Origin: Dehalococcoidia bacterium
Lineage (GTDB): Bacteria; Chloroflexota; Dehalococcoidia; Lucifugimonadales; UBA3495
Length of the DNA: 64,000 nucleotides
Direction: 5' to 3'
Assembly: GCA_012959605.1 (NCBI GenBank)
Contig: DUCU01000085.1
Location: 20,177-84,176 of the forward strand
The notes below the pieces were generated by a model, which saw only the letters and a list, made by a program, of their open reading frames with translations, was not told where the DNA came from and searched no databases. How positions within the stretch are numbered: position 1 is the first letter of the stretch; each line of letters begins with the position of its first letter. This document shows positions 46,135-55,219 of this stretch, piece after piece. Both the position numbers and the translations under genes were made by a program.

Positions 46135-48564
46135 TTAAACTTCGTCCCAGTCTACAATACCGCGTTCTTTGAAATCAGTGATCTGGTCATCGGTGTATCC
46201 CAACTCTTTGAGCACTGGTCGGGTGTGCTCCCCTTTAATTGGGGCCGGGCCAGCTTTGCCCGCGGTCTTCGAGAATACGACCACTGGGGTATAGCGCCAG
46301 AACTCGCCGAGGCCAGTGGCTTCTATCTGCGTTAGGATGCCGTTTTCTCGTACGTGGCTGTCTACATCGAAGAAGTAGTACATTCCCCGGTCTTCGGCCT
46401 TGACGCAGGCGACATCGGCATCAGTTAGCAGCTTCTCCCATTCCAAGGGCTCCCTGGGTACGAACACTTGGGTTAGTTCTTCAATCAGTTCGTTATCGTG
46501 TTTCTCTCGTGCTGACTGAGTTGCAAATCGAGGGTCTTTGAGAAGGTCTGGCCGCTCGATGGTTTGGCAGAGAGCCTGCCATTCCTCTTCAAATGGGCAG
46601 GCGAGAAAAACCCAGCCGCTCTTTGCGGGGTACAGGCGGTGCAGAGCGTCAAGGCCGTACCCGTCTCGGTCTGGCAGACGCCGGGGTAACTTGCCTTGGT
46701 GCCAGAAAAAATCATCGGCATTTGCATAGGCATTGGCCGCAATCATGGTGGATTCAACGTACTGAGCCTTGCCGGTGCGCTCCCTGGCGTAGAGTCCCAG
46801 TACCAGACCAACAGAGTTGACCATGGCCGTGGTGTGATCGGCAGTGCCGTCATTAGCTCGTTTGAGTTGCGTGGACACCGCGACGATTTCATCAATGGTC
46901 ATAGTATGTTCTGGAGGCGGAAAAGAATCACGCCCCATCTGGGCAACGCCTCCCCCGGAGACCGCCCCGGCGATGGGGGCCATGGACGGCCGGTGGGAAT
47001 ACGGGCCGGTGGAGCCGTAGCCGCCGGCGTAGAGGTAGATCAAGTTGGGATTAATCTCGGCCAGTTGCTCGTAGCCGATGCCGGTGCGCTCTGGGGCTCC
47101 CGGCCGCATGCTGTGCAGTAGCATGTCGGCCTTGGCCGCCAGTTGGTGCATTATCTTCTGGCCTTCAGGGGCCTTCAGGTTCAAGCAGACACCCTCAGAG
47201 CCAGCCATCGTGCGCTGCACTGAAATGCCTTGGAGACCCTGCCTTCCCCAGTCACCGTCTAAGGCCTCGATGCGAATGACCCTGGCACCCAACTCTGCCA
47301 CTAGAGCGCAACCCAGCGGCCCGTTAATCACTGTGCCTAAGTCCAGCAGCGTAACGCCTTCTAACGCCAACTTGGGCATGGGTTCTTGGCCTTCGTTGGC
47401 TGGAGTTTTAGTGGCTGAATCCAGGCGTGCTAGGACTTCATCAGTGTGTTGGCCGGGCTCGGGAGCGGCGCCCTTGGCGCTGCCGGGAGTCTCCGACATG
47501 ATTACCATGGGGCCCAGTTGTCGTAATTCTCCCACCCCTGAGTGTTGGGCGTTGGCCACGTGGCCGTTGTGCACAATTTGAGGATGCTCCAGCGCCGTTT
47601 CAGAGGTCATGTAGGGCTCCGCTGCCACATCACTACCTTCTCCTGCGAATAATTCCATCCACTCATCCAGAGTCTTTTCCTGAATCTTCTCCAGCATCAT
47701 CTTTTCTAGCGATGCCACATGTTCCACTGCCACGGATGGAGCGGTTTTGTAACGCGGATCATCGTATATGAAGTCCATCTCCAAAGAATGCACCATGGAA
47801 CGGAACAGCCGATGTACTATGTTGCCCAACTGGATCCAGTGGCCGTCTTTGGTGCGAGCGGGCAGATATCCCGTGGGATTGGGACGTCCGATGCCCACTC
47901 TTGTGTCTGGTGGGTGGTTTACCGGGTCCTTGGCGATCATCTGACCGTGAATCCAGGATATGTGGTCGTAGGTGGTGATGGTCTTGAGCATGCTAGTTTC
48001 AACCAGCTGCCCCTGGCCAGTTTTCTCACGCAGGTATAGGGCGGTAGTGATACCCCGTATGAGGGCCGTGGCCGCTGAGTGGCAAACACCGTGTACCACC
48101 ACGTAGTTGGGTCCTTGCCTTGGGTTTTGCCCGGAAAACATCATCATCCGGCCAGTCTTGGCGGCAACCACGGCGTCGTAGCCTTTGTAGTTGGCGTAGG
48201 GGCCTTCAGAACCAAATCCGGTCAGTGACGCGTAAACCAACTCCGGATGATTCGCTCTCAAACTGGTGTAATCGATGCCCAATCGCTTGGTTACACCGGG
48301 GCGAAAGCTCTCGACCACTACATCGGAGACCTGCGCCAACTTCTGTGCCTGCTCTCGGCCTTCGGCAGTCTTTAAGTCGAGGATGACGCTTTTTTTGCCC
48401 CGGTTCCATTGGATAGATCCGGGCGATTCTCTGAATCTGTCACCAGACGGGGATTCAACCTTGATCACTTCGGCGCCGAAGTCGGACATCACCATGGTGG
48501 CAATGCCTCCAGGCATTCCTCTGGTGAAGTCCAGGACCGTGATCCCATCGAAGACCTGCGCCAT
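46135..48564 (-). CDS. tandem (double-domain) CaiB/BaiF family-III CoA-transferase
   Basis: 809-aa ORF with two complete family-III units. Unit 1 starts FDGITVLDFTRGMPGGIATMVMSDFGAEVIKVESP, and unit 2 starts at about residue 405, LEGVTLLDLGTVINGPLGCALVAELGARVIRIEA. Confidence 0.8.
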   Translation of the reverse strand: MAQVFDGITVLDFTRGMPGGIATMVMSDFGAEVIKVESPSGDRFRESPGSIQWNRGKKSVILDLKTAEGREQAQKLAQVSDVVVESFRPGVTKRLGIDYTSLRANHPELVYASLTGFGSEGPYANYKGYDAVVAAKTGRMMMFSGQNPRQGPNYVVVHGVCHSAATALIRGITTALYLREKTGQGQLVETSMLKTITTYDHISWIHGQMIAKDPVNHPPDTRVGIGRPNPTGYLPARTKDGHWIQLGNIVHRLFRSMVHSLEMDFIYDDPRYKTAPSVAVEHVASLEKMMLEKIQEKTLDEWMELFAGEGSDVAAEPYMTSETALEHPQIVHNGHVANAQHSGVGELRQLGPMVIMSETPGSAKGAAPEPGQHTDEVLARLDSATKTPANEGQEPMPKLALEGVTLLDLGTVINGPLGCALVAELGARVIRIEALDGDWGRQGLQGISVQRTMAGSEGVCLNLKAPEGQKIMHQLAAKADMLLHSMRPGAPERTGIGYEQLAEINPNLIYLYAGGYGSTGPYSHRPSMAPIAGAVSGGGVAQMGRDSFPPPEHTMTIDEIVAVSTQLKRANDGTADHTTAMVNSVGLVLGLYARERTGKAQYVESTMIAANAYANADDFFWHQGKLPRRLPDRDGYGLDALHRLYPAKSGWVFLACPFEEEWQALCQTIERPDLLKDPRFATQSAREKHDNELIEELTQVFVPREPLEWEKLLTDADVACVKAEDRGMYYFFDVDSHVRENGILTQIEATGLGEFWRYTPVVVFSKTAGKAGPAPIKGEHTRPVLKELGYTDDQITDFKERGIVDWDEV

Positions 48565-48941
48565 TATTCCCCTCCTGACATAGTTACCAAACGGTTGAAG
48601 ATGAGGCGTGGTTCGGCCATTCTAGTCTACGATGGTACGCTTTGGGGCCATTATCGTTGGGGTTTTAATCCTGTTCGTAGCTGACGGTACTGAGGGCACC
48701 GGGAGGAGATAGGAACTTAGCTAGAATTAATAATCCGGGATATGGCGGGAGGTTAACAATAGTGAAAGTTGCGAATTTGCTGTGGTCTGGTCATATAGTT
48801 AACGCTCAGACCCAATGTATAATCAGTCGGGCCTACGGAGCCTCAGTGATTCACTAGATTGGGCAAAATATAATCATCGGCCTGGATACGCCTTGTCCAG
48901 GGCAGAATGCCGATCCGATGTAATTTTTTGGAGACGACTTA

Positions 48942-49265
48942 ATGACCGAGCAAGAGTTCGTGCAGGTAGCTCAGACTGGAGACCTATCCCCAGGGGAAAT
49001 GACGATGGTCAAACTAAACCGGGATCAAGTCCTCTTGGCCAATGTTGCTGGAACGTTCTACGCGATCAATAACATGTGCACACACATGATGGGTAGACTT
49101 GCCAAGGGCTTTCTTGACGACTCCGAAGTCATATGCCCGTTCCACAGCGCTAGGTTTAGCGTTGTAACCGGAGAAGCTTTAACCACTCCGGCCAAGGATA
49201 ATGTTCAGACCTACGAGGTCAAGATCTCCGGCGAGGAGATCCTGATCAGACAATCTGTCGCCTGA
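48942..49265 (+). CDS. Rieske (2Fe-2S) ferredoxin
   Basis: 107-aa ORF. CTHMMG...CPFHSARF gives the CxH...CxxH motif, and the size is typical of oxygenase ferredoxin components. Confidence 0.8.
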   Translation: MTEQEFVQVAQTGDLSPGEMTMVKLNRDQVLLANVAGTFYAINNMCTHMMGRLAKGFLDDSEVICPFHSARFSVVTGEALTTPAKDNVQTYEVKISGEEILIRQSVA

Positions 49266-49303
49266 CCTGACGATCTATCGAAGAGTTCTTGTCAATTGCG
49301 CTT

Positions 49304-50059
49304 TTAGCCAGCAGTATCCAACAACGCCCTTTTAAACCCTTCCCAACTCCCGGAATCGAAATCACTCTCAGTATCAGTGTGTTCAGTGCCAGGCTGATTA
49401 TCCCAGCCGTCAAAGTGGATTAACCCCTCAAGGTCCATCCGGTTTCGCCAGCCAGCGGATTGCAGCACCGGCTCTTTAGGGAATTCCACTGGGTATCCCA
49501 GGCAAAGATAAGCCACCGGTATTACATGAAGCGGCACGCCCAATATCTGCCGCAGCTGTGGCTGTTTCAATATGCTCACCCAGCCCACGCCAATCCCCTC
49601 CGCACGGGCCGCCAGCCACAGATTCTGCACGGCACAACAAGTGGAATACAAATCGGTCTCCTGGATAGAATTGCGCCCCAATACGACATCTGCTCTGGTC
49701 GGGTCACAGGTCACGCATACGTTGACTGGCGATTCTAAAATGCCTTCCAACTTCAGAGATAGATAGTGAGAACGTCTTGGTTCGTCGAAAAATGTTGATG
49801 CTGCCTGGCGCTCACGGTCGAACAAGTCCTTAACTTTTAGTCTAATACCCTTGTCCTGCACCATGATAAAGTCCCACGGCTGCATAAACCCAACAGAAGG
49901 CCCATGATGGGCGGCGCGGATGATGCGAGCTAAGACATCCGGTGGAACGGGGTCGCTTTTGAAAGTTCTAATATCCCGACGAGAGTAGATAGCGCGGTAA
50001 AGCCCGCGTTGTTCTTCTGTGGAGAATTCGCCCGTCTGAATCTGTGAATTAGAAACCAT
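49304..50059 (-). CDS. bluB: 5,6-dimethylbenzimidazole synthase (BluB-type nitroreductase-fold)
   Basis: 251-aa ORF. RRDIRTFKSDPVPPDVLARIIRAAHHGPSVGFMQPWDFIMV and YLSLKLEGILESP match BluB-type sequences. It is preceded by a cobalamin riboswitch. Confidence 0.7.
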   Translation of the reverse strand: MVSNSQIQTGEFSTEEQRGLYRAIYSRRDIRTFKSDPVPPDVLARIIRAAHHGPSVGFMQPWDFIMVQDKGIRLKVKDLFDRERQAASTFFDEPRRSHYLSLKLEGILESPVNVCVTCDPTRADVVLGRNSIQETDLYSTCCAVQNLWLAARAEGIGVGWVSILKQPQLRQILGVPLHVIPVAYLCLGYPVEFPKEPVLQSAGWRNRMDLEGLIHFDGWDNQPGTEHTDTESDFDSGSWEGFKRALLDTAG

Positions 50060-50107
50060 ACGTTCTGCTCCAAGTAGGGTTCAAGATGCGCGATCAACTT
50101 TAGCCGC

Positions 50108-50146
50108 GAAATAAAAAGCCCCCGTCACAATTGGGACGGGGGCTTT
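50108..50146 (-). terminator. intrinsic terminator forming the riboswitch expression platform
   Basis: On the minus strand: AAAGCCCCCGTC ccaattgt GACGGGGGCTTT followed by TTTTATTT, about 50 nt upstream of the bluB start. Confidence 0.7.
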
Positions 50147-50174
50147 GCATACAACTCTGCCCGCTCAATCCACG

Positions 50175-50423
50175 AAGCGGCAATACTTGCGCGGCAGGTC
50201 TACTGACTTATGGTTCATCACCCTACAGCGCCTTCCCGCCCCGATAATCCGGGACAGTGACTGGCAAATCCCACGTGATAGATACCCTGTTCAGAGAATG
50301 ATCACTGGGTGGATGCCGTGCTGCAGGGCTCCCCAATTACAGTGGCGGGCCCGTGCCGGAATCTCACCGGCTTTCCTATTCTTCCCGATGCCGTTCCCAC
50401 CTACAGGTGAGAACGGCATCGGG
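50175..50423 (-). promoter_or_regulatory. cobalamin (B12) riboswitch
   Basis: The minus-strand reading contains GGGAAGAATAGGAAAGCCGGTGAGATTCCGGCACGGGCCCGCCACTGTAA. It continues ...GCCAGTCACTG...GGGCGGGAAGGCG... and ends with the B12 box AGTCAGTAGACCTGCCGC (50191-50208). Confidence 0.8.
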
Positions 50424-50998
50424 ACACCGCACGCTATTCTGTTTCCGTTCGCAAGGTTAGGTTATGCCCGTCTGAAAGTCAACGAATCAGATACGGAATT
50501 TCTCACAAAAACCTTCCTTCTACTCCGGCAAACACTCCACTACAAATCTTAGGTTGAACCCCAGATCTGCTAACTGAAACTCCAGTTTTGTTGATTAACC
50601 AGCCAGCCCTCCGGATAGCCCTACAGGTCCATTGGGCTGACCCTGAAAGAGTCGCAAGAGGATAAGAATCGCTCCATCCGCTCGGCCCGTTAAGTGCTTG
50701 GAGCACTATTCACCGGGTGAGAGCATATCTCGAGTGGTTATGGAGAGAGCATTCTTACTCCCTGCCATAGTGACCCAAGTGATCGGCCAAGCTTGAAACG
50801 AACATCAGCTGGATCGGTCATACCGATTCCGGCTAAGGCTGAGATAGATAACACCCCTGTGCTGCGCCAACCGAACGATTGATCGCTCCTCATTAGTCCT
50901 CGAATTGGTGCCAACGCTGAATCCAGTGCCAGGATATCTCCAATTCAGTACATGGTAAGCTACTGAAACTCAGACCCCGGAACCCTAGTCGCTGGAGT

Positions 50999-51403
50999 TT
51001 GAATATGTATCGGAAAATAATTACTGCGTTAGTTTTGTTGGTCGCTTTGTTAGCCATAGTGGCCTGCGAAACCGAGACGGGTATCGCTAAAGATATTCTT
51101 GGAGCGGAGCCCGACTACCGAGTTTCTGCTGCCCAATTGGTATCGGAATATGAACGTAGCGAGAACGATGCCGATGACAAGTACAAAGAAAAGGTGATTT
51201 TGGTGACTGGTGTCGTCAAAGAAGTCTACCGAGGTTTTCTTTACACACCGTATGTGGACCTCGAGGCCGGTGTGCGCTGTAGTTTCAGCGACGAAGAGGA
51301 TGCGGACTTGCTGGGCTTAGTCACTGGCCAAACGGTGTCAATGAAAGGCAGGGGTGACAGGCTGTTGTTTGGCGTGGAATTGCGAGGCTGCACGGTAGAG
51401 TAA
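50999..51403 (+). CDS. lipoprotein with OB-fold (tRNA_anti-like) domain
   Basis: 134-aa ORF with a signal peptide and lipobox LLAIVAC. EPDYRVSAAQLVSEYERSENDADDKYKEKVILVTGVV matches the tRNA_anti-like lipoprotein family. Confidence 0.6.
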   Translation: MNMYRKIITALVLLVALLAIVACETETGIAKDILGAEPDYRVSAAQLVSEYERSENDADDKYKEKVILVTGVVKEVYRGFLYTPYVDLEAGVRCSFSDEEDADLLGLVTGQTVSMKGRGDRLLFGVELRGCTVE

Positions 51404-51582
51404 CCGAATGGATAAACCGCTTTGTTGCATGTTGTTGGGTAAATTCGTTAGAAAGTAGGTCTTAGCATTGCTCGGACAATGGCCTCTGCAGCGTTGAATT
51501 CTTCAACCATACCCAACTAGAATTATGTAACCCTAGACCTCTTTCCCTTATTTCGTAGGTAGCGGGTCTTCCGGAGGCGGGA

Positions 51583-51819
51583 ATGGTAGTCCTGGCCATC
51601 ATAATTGGCGGTATCGCTGGCGGCATCCTTGCGGCCCTTGGCACCCTGCTGATTCGCAGGGAGCTAGGCTTTCGCTTGCCGAAGGCGCTGGACCCGGAAT
51701 ACCGACACCGAGAAGTCGTCTCCTGCGGTCTGATGATGGAGATTGGGATGAAAGCCGGCTCTGTGGGCGCTGCCATCGGGGCGATTGTCGGCCTGCTCTT
51801 GTACCAATTCGTTTTTTAA
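51583..51819 (+). CDS. small membrane protein, hypothetical
   Basis: 78-aa ORF with GGAGG 6 nt upstream and two Gly-rich hydrophobic helices. Confidence 0.45.
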   Translation: MVVLAIIIGGIAGGILAALGTLLIRRELGFRLPKALDPEYRHREVVSCGLMMEIGMKAGSVGAAIGAIVGLLLYQFVF

Positions 51820-51936
51820 GTCCTTTTTTGAAAGCAGGTTGTTGACCCCGGCTTGCTCCCGCTTGTGAATCAATGGAGAATCTATCTAGTTCATCCAGAG
51901 TCAATCACCAATTATTGATTGGCGTCGAGTAGAGAT

Positions 51937-52242
51937 ATGTATTCAGTAACCAACCGGATTATGATTAAGAGCGGCAATGGCGATGACATGGAAGCGGTCT
52001 TTGCCAAGCGCGGCAACGTTCAGAACGAACCAGGCTTCAAAAGCTTTGAACTGTGGAAGTTGCAGAAAGAGGACGACCACGAGGTCTACTTGGTGGTCAC
52101 TCGATGGGAGTCTGAAGACGATTTCAAGGCTTGGACCCAGAGCGCTTCATTCAGGGAGTCCCATGCTGGCCCTCATCCTGACTACATTCTGGGCGGAGAA
52201 CTTTCCAACTACGATATAAAACTTTCGATTATTAAGAGCTAA
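51937..52242 (+). CDS. antibiotic-biosynthesis-monooxygenase (ABM) domain protein, IsdG/HmoA-like
   Basis: MYSVTNRIMIKSG...EPGFKSFELWK...YLVVTRWESEDDFKAWTQSASFRESHAG is the ABM ferredoxin-like fold pattern. The start is placed at ATG 51937. Confidence 0.65.
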   Translation: MYSVTNRIMIKSGNGDDMEAVFAKRGNVQNEPGFKSFELWKLQKEDDHEVYLVVTRWESEDDFKAWTQSASFRESHAGPHPDYILGGELSNYDIKLSIIKS

Positions 52243-52271
52243 GCCGTCAAGAGTTAAGCTCAGCAGCGTTA

Positions 52272-52327
52272 ACAAGAAAAGAGGTCCTTCCCGTCAATGT
52301 CAGTAAGGACCTCTTTTCTTGTGTTTT
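52272..52327. terminator. bidirectional rho-independent terminator between convergent genes
   Basis: ACAAGAAAAGAGGTCCTT / AAGGACCTCTTTTCTTGT 18-bp stem with a 15-nt loop and T-rich tails on both strands. Confidence 0.7.
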
Positions 52328-52347
52328 GGATTGACGGGGTTAACCCG

Positions 52348-52509
52348 CTATTTTCCGTGGCAGCGTTTGTATTTCTTGCCACTGTTGCATGGGCACTTGG
52401 CATTTCGGCCAATCTTTCCCTGCTCGGGCTGCATCCTCCGCTTCTCGTCACATTGAGCGCAGGTGCAAGCTGTTGGATGCTCGCTGTACCAGTTTGTCCT
52501 AGTGGCCAT
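52348..52509 (-). CDS. SEC-C motif small protein (53 aa)
   Basis: Hand-translated, as it is below the ORF-track length cutoff: [53 protein letters not shown]. The C-terminal CPCxSGKKYKxCHG is the SecA-type metal-binding SEC-C motif. Confidence 0.6.
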   Translation of the reverse strand: MATRTNWYSEHPTACTCAQCDEKRRMQPEQGKIGRNAKCPCNSGKKYKRCHGK

Positions 52510-52681
52510 TATTACCTAATCTTTCTAAACTGCTTATCACCATCCTACAACCGCAGGTTTATCCATACAAGTAACTAATTCTCCTCCCCATCCCTGGTGT
52601 TGACGAAATTGCGGGGGATACTACAATACCTGCGGAGTAGCCCCGAAGTAATTCGCTGAGTAATTTGCTGACCCTGGAGAC

Positions 52682-53950
52682 ATGATGCCTGGTGCCCAAG
52701 GGGGAATCGATTTTTTACTGGAACCCTACCGGGTTCTGGACCTAACCGACGAGCGTGGCCTGCTTGCCGGAAAGATACTGGCCGACATGGGCGCCGACGT
52801 GCTGCAAGTGGAGCCTCTAGGCGGCAGTCCGGCCCGCAACGTAGGTCCGTTCCACGGTGACGACCCGCAACCCGAAAAGAGCCTTTTCTGGTGGGCTTAC
52901 GCCGCCAACAAGCGGAGTATCACCCTCAATTTAGAACACAAAGACGGCCAAGAGCTGCTGAAGAAGCTGGTGGCCAAAGCTGATTTCTTGATCGAATCGT
53001 TCTCCCCCGGATATCTGGAAGGACTGGGGTTGGGTTACGAGAAACTAGCCGAGATAAACCCCAAGCTGGTCATGGTGTCCATAACGCCCTTTGGCCAGGA
53101 TGGCCCCTACTCCAACTACCAAGCCACTGACATCGTTGGCATGGCTTTGGGCGGATTCATGTACCTGACCGGTGACGACGACCGTGCACCAGTGAGAATC
53201 AGCTTCCCCCATTTCTACCTCCACGGTGGAGCAGCCGGGGCCACCGCTGCAATGCTGGCCCATACCTACCGCGTCACCAGCGGTCAGGGCCAATACGTTG
53301 ACGTTTCCTGTCAGCAAGCAGTTGCCAAGACCCTGGCCCACGCACCGCAGATCTGGGACATTGAGGGTGCAATCCTCAAACGGCAGGGCGTGTACCGGCA
53401 GACCTCCGGCGAGAACCGAGTGCGCATCAACTGGCCCTGCAAAGATGGTTATGTGAACTACATGGTGCAGGGCGGGACTGTCGCCTACAGCACCAGGGCG
53501 CTCTTGGACTGGATGAAAGAGGACAAGTTTGACACTGCGGATCTGGATGCCGTCGATTGGGAGAAAATGGGCTACGGTGCAATAACGCCAGAACTAATGG
53601 CCCAATTGGGCGGGCCTTTGGGCGATTTCTTCAAGGGCCACACGAGAGCAGAATTGGTGCAAGGTAGTCTTGATCGCCGAATTTTGCTATTCCCGGTTGC
53701 TACTCCCTCAGCACTGCAGGGGCATCCGCAATTAGAGGCCCGTGGCTATTTCAGAGAGATTGAACACCCAGAACTGGGCGAAACCGTCCAATATCCAGGC
53801 GCTTTCATAAAGTCGGGCGATGGTCGGGACATCGCCGGTGTCTACCGAAGGCCACCTCTAATCGGCGAACACAACGTCCAGGTTTATCAAGAAGAAATGG
53901 GCCTCTCAAGTTCCGAGCTAGAGACTCTCAAACGAAGTGGGGTTATTTAA
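52682..53950 (+). CDS. CaiB/BaiF family-III CoA-transferase
   Basis: 422-aa ORF with LEPYRVLDLTDERGLLAGKILADMGADVLQVEP. Its stop overlaps the start of the next paralog (TAATG). Confidence 0.85.
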   Translation: MMPGAQGGIDFLLEPYRVLDLTDERGLLAGKILADMGADVLQVEPLGGSPARNVGPFHGDDPQPEKSLFWWAYAANKRSITLNLEHKDGQELLKKLVAKADFLIESFSPGYLEGLGLGYEKLAEINPKLVMVSITPFGQDGPYSNYQATDIVGMALGGFMYLTGDDDRAPVRISFPHFYLHGGAAGATAAMLAHTYRVTSGQGQYVDVSCQQAVAKTLAHAPQIWDIEGAILKRQGVYRQTSGENRVRINWPCKDGYVNYMVQGGTVAYSTRALLDWMKEDKFDTADLDAVDWEKMGYGAITPELMAQLGGPLGDFFKGHTRAELVQGSLDRRILLFPVATPSALQGHPQLEARGYFREIEHPELGETVQYPGAFIKSGDGRDIAGVYRRPPLIGEHNVQVYQEEMGLSSSELETLKRSGVI

Positions 53951-55203
53951 TGACGGCTCAGCAAGAAACCAACCAAACCCCAGGACCTGGAAAACCCCTG
54001 GACGGTGTCAACGTACTGGACTTCTGTTGGGTTGCCGTTGGACCCATGACCACCAAGTACCTCGGTGAGTACGGCGCTACCGTGGTGCGGGTGGAGTCGG
54101 TCAAGCGACCTGGGACTCTGCGGAATGCAGCCCCATTTAGGGATGGCATTTCCGGTATTAACCGCAGCGGCTATTTTGCCAGTTACAACGCCAACAAGAT
54201 GGGTATCACTGTTGATATGCGGCACCCCAGAGCCCGGGAACTGATGCTGCGGATGGCAAAATGGGCCCATCTGGTTACCGAGAACTTCACCCCCGGCACC
54301 ATGGAAAGCTGGGAGCTTGGCTTCGACCAGCTCAAAGAAGTTAACCCTGGGCTGGTCATGTTCAGCACCTCAATGATGGGACGAGGCGGGCCCATGGAAC
54401 GGCAGCCAGGATTTGGCCCTGTATTGTCGTCGTTGGTGGGCCTAACGAACCTAACCGGCTGGCCGGATCGAGACCCCGTAAACCCTTACGGCGCGTACAC
54501 TGACTTTATTGTCCCTCGGTTCGCCGTAGCAGCCATTCTGGCCGGGCTGGACCGCAGCCGCCGCACGGGAGAGGGCGTCCACATAGATATGTCCCAATTG
54601 GAGACCACGCTCCACTTCTCGGCCCCGGTTCTGCTGGACTACGCAGTGAACAACCGAGAGCAGGCCCGCGCCGGAAACCGAGATCCAGGCGCGGCCCCCC
54701 ACGGCGCTTATCTCTGCTCTGGTAACGACCGCTGGCTCGCCATCGGCTGCTTCTCCGATCAACACTGGGAGGGTCTGCAGCGGACCATCGCTCCGGACGG
54801 CAAGGGGTGGCCCTACAACCCAGACTTCGCCACGCTACTCAGTCGGAAGGCCAACGAAGACGAGTTGGACCACCTGCTGACAGACTGGACCAGTTCGTGG
54901 GAAGTGGGGGCGCTGATGGAGACGCTGCAGAGCGCGGGAGTGCCTGCAGGGATGGTCAACGACTGCCGAGACCTGTTCGAAGACGCGCAATTGCAGCACA
55001 GAGGCCACTTCCAATGGCTGGACCACCCTGAGATTGGCCCCTACGCCACCGACACCAGTGAGATGGTCCTGTCTCTGAGTCCGGGCAGTCTCGATACTCC
55101 GGCACCACTGTTGGGCGAGCACAACAGCCACGTGCTAAAAGACCTAATTGGCCTGACCGATGAAGAGTACAAGTCGCTGGAAGAAGACGGCGTACTGGAG
55201 TAG
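53950..55203 (+). CDS. CaiB/BaiF family-III CoA-transferase
   Basis: 417-aa ORF with LDGVNVLDFCWVAVGPMTTKYLGEYGATVVRVES. Confidence 0.85.
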   Translation: MTAQQETNQTPGPGKPLDGVNVLDFCWVAVGPMTTKYLGEYGATVVRVESVKRPGTLRNAAPFRDGISGINRSGYFASYNANKMGITVDMRHPRARELMLRMAKWAHLVTENFTPGTMESWELGFDQLKEVNPGLVMFSTSMMGRGGPMERQPGFGPVLSSLVGLTNLTGWPDRDPVNPYGAYTDFIVPRFAVAAILAGLDRSRRTGEGVHIDMSQLETTLHFSAPVLLDYAVNNREQARAGNRDPGAAPHGAYLCSGNDRWLAIGCFSDQHWEGLQRTIAPDGKGWPYNPDFATLLSRKANEDELDHLLTDWTSSWEVGALMETLQSAGVPAGMVNDCRDLFEDAQLQHRGHFQWLDHPEIGPYATDTSEMVLSLSPGSLDTPAPLLGEHNSHVLKDLIGLTDEEYKSLEEDGVLE

Positions 55204-55219
55204 CGGTAATTAGCGACCG

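Noticed and set aside
50145-50552. 135-aa plus-strand ORF
   Set aside because: It covers the cobalamin riboswitch and its terminator on the opposite strand. The region is better explained as structured RNA.
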